This document shows, piece after piece, positions 57,717 to 64,000 of a stretch of DNA of 64,000 nucleotides. Under the pieces are notes generated by a model. The model was given only the letters and a program-made list of their open reading frames with translations. It ran no database searches and was not told the DNA's origin. Each line of letters opens with the position of its first letter. Position 1 is the stretch's first letter. Source of the DNA: an uncultured Acidobacteriota bacterium (GTDB taxonomy: Bacteria; Acidobacteriota; Thermoanaerobaculia; Multivoradales; UBA5704); NCBI GenBank assembly GCA_963770895.1, contig CAVYRF010000002.1, positions 3,904,001 to 3,968,000 on the forward strand, in the 5' to 3' direction. The position numbers were made by a program, and so were the translations under genes.

Positions 57717-59192
57717 CTACTGGGGCGCAGCAGCTGGCAGTGCCAACCCGAAGGTGGCGCCGGCGCCTGGGGCGCTGCGCGCCCAGACGCGGCCGTGCTG
57801 CGCCTCGACCAGGGCCTTGACGATGGCGAGGCCCAGGCCGCTGCCCCCGGTCTCGCGCTGGCGCGCGGTGTCGGCGCGGTAGAAGCGCTCGAAGGCGCGG
57901 GCCAGCTGCTCTTCCGAGAGGCCGCAACCGGTGTCGGCGACCTCGATGCGCACCTCGGCAACGGCTGCGCTGGCGCCCAGGCGGATCTGGCCGCCGGGTG
58001 GTGTGTGGCGCGCGGCGTTGGTCAGCAGGTTGACGAGCGCTTGACGCAGGCGCAGCGGGTCGGCGGCGACGGTGAGGTCAGCGGCGACATCCAGCCGCAG
58101 GCGTGGGTCGAGATCCAGGCCGGCGGTGCGCAGGGCGGATTGCGCAGCGTCGGCCACTGAGATCGGCACGCATTCGAGGCGCAGCCGGCCGGCCTCGGCG
58201 AGCGCCAGCTCCTGCAGGTCCTCGACCAGCTTCACCAGGTGCTCGACGTCGCCGCGGAAACCGGCGAGCGCCGCCGCGGGATCGGTCTCGAGACCGTCCT
58301 GGCCGGCATCCAGGCGGCAGAGCATTGCAGTGAGGGGGGCGCGCAGCTCGTGGGCGACGTCGTTGACCAGGCCGCGGCGGAGCTGCTGCTGCCGTTCGAG
58401 CTCTCCGGCCATGCCGTTGAAGGCGCGGCCAAGCTCGGCGATCTCCTCGGGGCCGGCGGCTGGGACCCGGCGTTCGAGGCGGCCGCGCGCCAGGTCGCGG
58501 GCCGCCTCCCGGAGCTGGCGGACGGGAGCGAGGATGCGCCGCGCCAGGATCCAGGTGGCGAGCAGCGATAGCACCGCCGCCGCGCCGGTGACCGCGACCA
58601 GGCGGCGGTCGAGCGCGTTGAGCACCGCCGCTGAGCGCAGCCCCTCGCCCGGACTGGGGAGGAACAGCGGGACGAGGTAGCCGCTGGCCCCGGCCGTACC
58701 GGCGGCGCCGGGTGGTGGGCCGGCAGCGGCGTGCGGTGCGGTGCCGCCGCCATTGCCGTTGCCGGCGCGCAAGGCCACGGGCACTCCGGTGCCGCGCAGG
58801 TGCAGCTCCCAGAGGTCCTGGCTGCCGCCCGCGGCCCTCATCCGCACCACCAGGCCGTCGCCGTCGGGCGCGGTTTCGACGGTTCTGCCGCGGAGGGGTT
58901 CGCCGGCCGCGGCTACGAGCCTGTCGTGCCCGTCGATGAGCAGCACCGCCGTGGCGGCGGGGAGACTGCCGGCGGCTGCCGCGAGGTCCGCCGCCGCGAG
59001 GCCGTCGGGGCGGCCGGCGGCCAGCTGGCGCAGCAGGTGGTCGACGTCCTCGCGGGAGGCGCGATGCTCCAGGGTCAGATAGCTCCTGATCTCGAAGCGG
59101 GCGCCGTGGCGGGCCGCCAGCGCCACGCCGGCCACGGCGGCGAGCGCCAGCAGGCCCACCGCGGCGAGCAATCGCGCCTGCAGGCTGCGCAT
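57717..59192 (-). CDS. Sensor histidine kinase (HAMP-HisKA-HATPase, BaeS-like)
   Basis: Two hydrophobic segments, HAMP (EEIAELGRAFNGM), H-box HELRAPL, N-box NLLTNAARH, G-boxes DTGCG and GSGLGL. Confidence 0.93.
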   Translation of the reverse strand: MRSLQARLLAAVGLLALAAVAGVALAARHGARFEIRSYLTLEHRASREDVDHLLRQLAAGRPDGLAAADLAAAAGSLPAATAVLLIDGHDRLVAAAGEPLRGRTVETAPDGDGLVVRMRAAGGSQDLWELHLRGTGVPVALRAGNGNGGGTAPHAAAGPPPGAAGTAGASGYLVPLFLPSPGEGLRSAAVLNALDRRLVAVTGAAAVLSLLATWILARRILAPVRQLREAARDLARGRLERRVPAAGPEEIAELGRAFNGMAGELERQQQLRRGLVNDVAHELRAPLTAMLCRLDAGQDGLETDPAAALAGFRGDVEHLVKLVEDLQELALAEAGRLRLECVPISVADAAQSALRTAGLDLDPRLRLDVAADLTVAADPLRLRQALVNLLTNAARHTPPGGQIRLGASAAVAEVRIEVADTGCGLSEEQLARAFERFYRADTARQRETGGSGLGLAIVKALVEAQHGRVWARSAPGAGATFGLALPAAAPQ

Positions 59193-59196
59193 GGCG

Positions 59197-59913
59197 TCAG
59201 GGTTCCGCGTCGCCGTCGCGCAGGCGGTAGCCGATCCCCTGCACGGTGAGGATGTAGCGTTCGCCGTGCGGCGGCTCGAGCTTGCGGCGCAGGTGGGTGA
59301 CGTGGGAGTCGATGGTCCGCTCGCTCGCCTCGCGCTCCGGCCCCAGGGCTCGGATCAGCTCGCTGCGGCTGAAGGCCCGGCCGGGATGGCGGGCCAGGGT
59401 GGCGAGGAGGCGGTGCTCGCTGGGGCTGAGCGCCACCTCCCGCCCGGCCACGCGCACACGGTGGCTGCGCGCATCGATCTCCAGCTCGCCGATGCGCTGG
59501 GTCTGCGCGGCGGCGAGCCCGGGCGGCGGCAACCGGCGCAGCAGCGCGCGCACGCGGGCCACCACCTCGGCCGGCCGGAAAGGTTTCCCGACGTGGTCGT
59601 CGGCACCGCTTTCGAGGGCCGCGACCACGTCGTCCTCGGCGGTGAGGGCGGTGAGCATCACGATCGGCACGCTCGATGCGGCGCGCAGCCGGCGGCAGAC
59701 CTCGCGCCCGTCGAGGCCGGGAAGAAGCACGTCCAGGATCACCGCGGCGGGAGCCGCGCTGAGGGCGACGTCGAGCCCGGTCCGGCCGTCGTGTGCCAGC
59801 AGCACGCGGAAGCCGGCATGCTCGAAGTAGAGCCGCAGGGTGGACGCCACCACCCGGTCGTCCTCCACCACCAGGATTGCCTCCGGCTCAGCCGTCATCG
59901 CTCGCTTCTCCAT
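59197..59913 (-). CDS. OmpR/PhoB-family response regulator
   Basis: ILVVEDD, LDVLLPGLDG, KPF; winged-helix end RTIDSHVTHLRRKL...TVQGIGYR. The start may be ATG 59898. Confidence 0.93.
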   Translation of the reverse strand: MEKRAMTAEPEAILVVEDDRVVASTLRLYFEHAGFRVLLAHDGRTGLDVALSAAPAAVILDVLLPGLDGREVCRRLRAASSVPIVMLTALTAEDDVVAALESGADDHVGKPFRPAEVVARVRALLRRLPPPGLAAAQTQRIGELEIDARSHRVRVAGREVALSPSEHRLLATLARHPGRAFSRSELIRALGPEREASERTIDSHVTHLRRKLEPPHGERYILTVQGIGYRLRDGDAEP

Positions 59914-59958
59914 GCCGCCGAGGCGGCGCGCCGGTACCGCGCGCGCCCGAGGCGCGGC

Positions 59959-61407
59959 CTACTTCTGCAGCGCCTTGGCGAGGGCCGTGCCCAGGTCGGC
60001 GCCGGTGCGCGGGTCGCGATTGGTGAGGACCACGACCGTCCAGGTGCCGTCGCTCGCGAGCAGGGAGTTGGTGCCGGGGGCGCCGCCGGCGGCCTCCAGG
60101 CGAATCGTGGCACGGTCGTCCACCGCCGTTTCGTCGCCGAGCACCCAGGCCGTCCACTGGCGACCCAGCAGCCGGTAGCCGCGCACCGCGCTGTCGTAGG
60201 CTAGCAGGTCGGCGACGGTTGAGAAAACGCCGCCCGCCGCGCAGCCGCGGCCACCGGCGCCAAGGGTGGCCGGTTCCAGGCCGTGGGGTGTCCGGCTGTA
60301 CCCCTGCGCCTTCTTTTCCTCGCGGTCTGATGGCCACAGGAAGGCGGCGCCGGTCATGCCGGCCGGCGCGAAAATGTGAGACGTCACGTAGTCTTCGTAC
60401 GCCGTCCCGGCGACCGCTGCCACGATCTCCCCCAGCACCACGTAGCAGCCGTTGCAGTAGCGGCGCTGGCTCCCGGGCTCGAACTCGAGCGGCAGCGGCG
60501 CGACGCGCAGGAACCAGTCGTGGTTGGAGGCCGGAGGCGGGTCGCCGGCCTTGACGGCAGCGAAGATGTCGGGGATGCCGGCGCGGTGATCGACCAGCTG
60601 GCGGACGGTCACCTGGCGCGCCGCGGCGGCATTGGGGTAGGAGGGCAGGTACCTGGCGATGGGCTCGTCGAGCGCCAGCTTGCCCTGCTCCAGCAGCTGG
60701 CCGACGGCCGCCTTGGTGAACTGCTTGCCGATCGACGCGATGTTGAAGCGGGTGTCCAAGGTGTTGGGAATCTGGCGCTCGCGGTCGGCCAGGCCGAATG
60801 CCCGCTGGTAGAGCGGCTTACCGGCCAGGCCCACCAGGATGGCTCCAGACAGGGCGTCGTGGGCTGCAAGCTCGCTCAGGTAGGGATCCAGGAGGCCGGC
60901 GAGGCGGTGAGGGTCCTCAACGCCGCGCATCTCGGGCAGCGGCGGCAGGAGGATGCGGGGAGTGCCACCGTCGTTGCCAGCTCGCTCCACCATGATCCCC
61001 ATGTCGCGGATGCGATGCGGGGGCGCGGCTTCGAGCTCGACGTGCAGAGTGGCCGTGTCGCCGGCTCCAGTGCCATGAAGCTCGGCGTCGGCCGCCCAGG
61101 GCCCGGTCGACCGCACCGCGGTCACCTCGACGGTGCCGAAGTCCTGGTGAAACCGAGCGATGAGCTGGCGCCGCTGATCGGGGGTGCGGCGAGCCAGCAG
61201 CTCAGGGGCGAAGCGCGCCTGCGCCAGCCGTTCCCAAACGTCGGGGTCGCCAGCCGCCAGCGCCGCCGCCAGGGAATCGATGGCGCCGCGCAGCTCGGGA
61301 GCCGGCGACGTGGTGAGCGCCGAACCCTCCGCGGGTGCGCGGAGCAGGGCGGGCAAGAGCGGTGTGAGTGCGAGAGTCACCAGCAGCAACGATCGTGAGC
61401 GGCGCAT
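59959..61407 (-). CDS. Secreted serine hydrolase, beta-lactamase class C / D-peptidase family
   Basis: Signal peptide (MRRSRSLLLVTLALTPLL); SxxK in ASIGKQF; YxN in RYCNG; LVDHRAG; FEPG. Confidence 0.88.
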   Translation of the reverse strand: MRRSRSLLLVTLALTPLLPALLRAPAEGSALTTSPAPELRGAIDSLAAALAAGDPDVWERLAQARFAPELLARRTPDQRRQLIARFHQDFGTVEVTAVRSTGPWAADAELHGTGAGDTATLHVELEAAPPHRIRDMGIMVERAGNDGGTPRILLPPLPEMRGVEDPHRLAGLLDPYLSELAAHDALSGAILVGLAGKPLYQRAFGLADRERQIPNTLDTRFNIASIGKQFTKAAVGQLLEQGKLALDEPIARYLPSYPNAAAARQVTVRQLVDHRAGIPDIFAAVKAGDPPPASNHDWFLRVAPLPLEFEPGSQRRYCNGCYVVLGEIVAAVAGTAYEDYVTSHIFAPAGMTGAAFLWPSDREEKKAQGYSRTPHGLEPATLGAGGRGCAAGGVFSTVADLLAYDSAVRGYRLLGRQWTAWVLGDETAVDDRATIRLEAAGGAPGTNSLLASDGTWTVVVLTNRDPRTGADLGTALAKALQK

Positions 61408-61551
61408 GAGACCTCCTGATCAGCGGGTAGTCGGGGCGCTCCGGCGGCCAACGTCCGGCTGCCGGTTCGCCCTCCGACGATCACCGTACCGCCCGCTTGT
61501 GGAGGATTGATGGAGGGGTGGGCGTGGAGTCGCTCGCGCACGGACGCTCCG

Positions 61552-61608
61552 CCCTCCCCCCAGGCCCGATTGCGGACGCGCCGCAGGCGCGCCGCAATCG
61601 GGGCAACC
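61552..61608. repeat. Palindromic REP-like element, copy 2
   Basis: Same arms as copy 1 (CCCTCCCCCCAGGCCCGATTGCGG...CCGCAATCGGGGCAACC) with a longer 16-nt loop containing a duplicated CGCGCCGCA unit. Confidence 0.8.
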
Positions 61609-61627
61609 GGAGTTCGAGGGGAGGGCT

Positions 61628-61894
61628 TTCCCAGCGTTCGAGGGTCCTGGGGTTCACACCGAGCTTGAACGCGAACACCTGCCTGGACATATGCAATCCC
61701 TCGCGGGTCTCGCGAACGATCTGCGGATCGAGCGGTGGCAGAGCAATGGGCGCGACCTCGTGCGTGCGCAGGGTGATACGTCCTTCCCGATGGTCTCGCA
61801 TTGCAGCCACGCCTGCCATGAGCTCGGGGAAGAGCCTCCGCTTGGCGGCTTCTCTCGATGGAGCTGTCTTTGCTTTCCGGGTCTTCCTCGGCAT
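61628..61894 (-). pseudogene. HigA-like (XRE HTH) antitoxin, C-terminally truncated
   Basis: RRLFPELMAGVAAMRDHREGRITLRT...IVRETREGLHMSRQVFAFKLGVNPRTLERWE. Similarity stops at WE (WEQG is usual), about 20 bp before repeat copy 2. Confidence 0.65.
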
Positions 61895-61985
61895 GGTCAC
61901 TGTGCCCGGGATGACATCGCCGGCTTCTGGGTTGACGGTGAGGGAGAGCTGGAGCGCCCGATACTCGCCATCCTCCAAATAACCG
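61895..61985 (-). pseudogene. Internal fragment of a RelE/HigB2-type toxin
   Basis: YLEDGEYRALQLSLTVNPEAGDVIPGT resembles HigB2 N-terminal halves; the following GGLRKxRW catalytic part is missing. Confidence 0.6.
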
Positions 61986-62042
61986 TGGCACTCCGCCCAT
62001 CTGCTGCGGATCGACGCTGATCCGAGAGAACCCCAGATCCAT
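61986..62042 (-). pseudogene. N-terminal fragment of a DUF433-like antitoxin
   Basis: RBS GAGGAAA, then MDLGFSRISVDPQQMGGVP, like the DUF433 start RIxxDPxxxGGxP; the similarity then ends. Confidence 0.55.
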
Positions 62043-62438
62043 CGTTTCCTCGTGGCGTTGTGTCATGTGCGGCTGGTCCTCGCTCGGCATTGGCCCACCA
62101 TAGCGTAGCGCGGGGCGCCGCCATGGCCGCACAGGCTTGGTCGGTCGGGGGAGGATGGCCATTTCCATCACCCGAATGCTTGCCTTGGGGAGCTTGCGAG
62201 CTCGGGTGTAAATGCCAGAGTCCTGGCATGCGCACCCCAGGCGCGCTTCCGGCTGCGGCCTTGGACTGTCCTTGTAAGGCCTTTTGAATCAATTGTTTGG
62301 TGCGTTTGGTTGAAGGTCTGGCGGGTTGGCCTTGGGCTTGCCTTGATGGGTCTCCAGTCAACGCATGCGGTCGCGATCGGCGGTCGGGTTTCCAGTCGAA
62401 GGAGCGGCCCACCAACGTTTTTCAAAAGGAGACGGATC

Positions 62439-63110
62439 ATGTTTACCCTCACCACTCTGCAACGGCGTCCGCGGTTGGCCCTGGGTGCCGCTCTGGCCCT
62501 GGTTGTTGCGGCGAGCGGCGCCGCCCACGCCACCTGCAACACCCAGCTTTTCTACGGCGACTTCAAGATCGGCTTCGTCACCCACTTTCCAGGTTCGCCG
62601 GTGACCGCCGGGCCGATCGTGCCCACCACCGACACCAACCCGTTGTGCGCCGGTTGGTCCAAGACCACCCTGACCTTGCAGATCCCCACCGGCTGCACCA
62701 AGGCCGTCGTGCTGGTCGGCTACGACGGCTTGCCGGTCGATTGGACTTTGGATATCGGCAACTCTCCCACCAACGACGGCTTCGGCGGCGACGCCGGCAG
62801 CAACGGTGGTCACAATGCCGAGCTGTGGATCCTGGGCGAGAACCTTGAGGTTGCCAACGCCTCCACCGACCCCACCAAGATCGACAACCCCCTGATCATT
62901 CAGACCCTCGGTCTGCAGAACAGCGGTCTCCAGTTCAACGTCATGAACCAGGCCATCAGCTGGGGCAATCCGTACACGTTGCTGCAAACGCCAGCTTCAC
63001 AGAACCTCTTCTTCCCGCCGACGATCTACATCGGCGTCAACCAGGTGGTCGCCGGTGACGCCGGTCGCGACGGTTGCGGCTTGCGCACGGTGCTGATCAG
63101 CTTCGAATAA
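62439..63110 (+). CDS. Secreted hypothetical protein (about 223 aa, 4 Cys)
   Basis: AAGGAGA RBS before ATG 62439; signal peptide ending AAHA; strong codon bias. Confidence 0.8.
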   Translation: MFTLTTLQRRPRLALGAALALVVAASGAAHATCNTQLFYGDFKIGFVTHFPGSPVTAGPIVPTTDTNPLCAGWSKTTLTLQIPTGCTKAVVLVGYDGLPVDWTLDIGNSPTNDGFGGDAGSNGGHNAELWILGENLEVANASTDPTKIDNPLIIQTLGLQNSGLQFNVMNQAISWGNPYTLLQTPASQNLFFPPTIYIGVNQVVAGDAGRDGCGLRTVLISFE

Positions 63111-63123
63111 CAGCTGCAACGTC

Positions 63124-63154
63124 GCCGAGGGGGGCCGCGGTTGCCCCCCTCGGC
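63124..63154 (+). terminator. GC-rich hairpin after the secreted-protein gene
   Basis: GCCGAGGGGGGC-cgcggtt-GCCCCCCTCGGC, a perfect 12-bp stem 13 nt after the stop; no U-tract. Confidence 0.5.
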
Positions 63155-63248
63155 ACCCCGGCGCCGGCCGCCAGGCTGGCGCTCGTCGGGCCGGGTGCCG
63201 CCCCGCCCCCTTGCCGCGCCGTCCGCCGGAGCCGCCATGCCGGAGATG

Positions 63249-63254
63249 TATAAT
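63249..63254 (+). promoter_or_regulatory. Possible -10 box of the kinase promoter
   Basis: Perfect TATAAT in GC-rich intergenic DNA about 60 nt upstream of the kinase; no clear -35. Confidence 0.35.
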
Positions 63255-63315
63255 TCAATGACACCATGCTTCCGACAAATGGGCCCTGGCGCGATGGCGT
63301 GCCCGGTGACGCCCG

Positions 63316-64000
63316 GTGATCCTGGCGCCCGGCGAAACCCTTGGCGGCCGCTTCCAGATCGTCCGCTGCCTCGGCGAAGGGAGCATGGGAGAGGTCTACC
63401 AGGCCCTCGACCTCGAGCTTGACGAAGCGGTGGCGGTCAAGCTCCTGCACGCCGACGTGGCGCGCGATCCCGAAGCGGTGCAGCGCTTCAAGCGCGAAGT
63501 CCAGCTCGCCCGCCGGGTGACCAACCCCCACGTCTGCCGGGTGTTCGACCTTTCCCAGCAACCGCTGGCGCCGCCGGATGGGTCGGCTCCGTCGGTGCTT
63601 GCCTTCGTCACCATGGAGCTGCTGACCGGCGACACCCTGGCGCAGCGCATCGCCCACCGGGGAGCGTTGCCGCCCGCCGAGACGCTGCCCATCGTGACGC
63701 AGGTCGCCGAGGCCATCTGCGCCGCCCATGAAGCCGGCGTCGTCCACCGCGACCTCAAATCCGCCAACGTGATGTTGGTGCCGGCGCCCGCCGCGCCCGG
63801 CGGCGCGCGTGCCGTGGTCACCGATTTCGGCCTTGCCCACTGCCGCCAGCTGGCCTCGCTGACCACCGCCGGCACCCTGGTCGGCTCGCCCGCCTACATG
63901 GCGCCGGAACAGGTCCGGGGCGGTCGGATCACGCCCGCGGCGGACATCTATGCGCTGGGTGTGGTGCTGTTCGAAATGCTCACCGGCAGGCTGCCGTTCG
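63316..64000 (+). CDS. Hanks-type Ser/Thr protein kinase (runs off the window end; absent from the ORF track)
   Basis: Own translation: LGEGSMGEVY, VAVK, HRDLKSANVM, DFG, GSPAYMAPEQ, DIYALG. Start codon uncertain. Confidence 0.9.
   Translation, partial: MILAPGETLGGRFQIVRCLGEGSMGEVYQALDLELDEAVAVKLLHADVARDPEAVQRFKREVQLARRVTNPHVCRVFDLSQQPLAPPDGSAPSVLAFVTMELLTGDTLAQRIAHRGALPPAETLPIVTQVAEAICAAHEAGVVHRDLKSANVMLVPAPAAPGGARAVVTDFGLAHCRQLASLTTAGTLVGSPAYMAPEQVRGGRITPAADIYALGVVLFEMLTGRLPF

Noticed and set aside
59959-61407. ClbP/ZmaM-type prodrug peptidase
   Set aside because: No C-terminal membrane helices are evident, and the D-Gln is internal rather than an N-acyl-D-Asn/Gln leader; kept only as a weak hypothesis.
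63097-63840. Minus-strand 247-aa ORF
   Set aside because: Antisense shadow of the plus-strand Ser/Thr kinase.

Overview
Very GC-rich bacterial DNA; an Acidobacteriota/myxobacterium-like source is only a guess from codon and motif style. Bases 1-57.6 kb are the 3' part of a giant hybrid NRPS-PKS gene cluster that begins upstream of the window. It has three megasynthetase genes (88-19023, 19050-31844, 31841-48904) holding 2 PKS modules, 10 adenylation modules and one A-less module, ending in a thioesterase. Hand-read specificity codes give: [unknown]-malonyl-Cys(thiazoline, MT)-N-Me-Cys-like-D-Gln-Gln(beta-OH?)-Ser-Thr-Gly-like-malonyl(transaminated)-Ser-[C-T, no A]-Ile-Cys-like-TE. Tailoring and export genes follow: SDR, carbamoyltransferase, GT4-like glycosyltransferase, ATP-grasp-like ligase, SyrD/PvdE-type exporter and SyrP-like TauD hydroxylase. 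I cannot match the predicted product to a known compound from memory. Downstream lie a two-component system plus secreted serine hydrolase bracketed by two copies of a palindromic repeat, a mosaic of toxin-antitoxin remnants, a secreted hypothetical protein and a Ser/Thr kinase cut by the window end. Domain boundaries and substrate codes were read by eye and are approximate.
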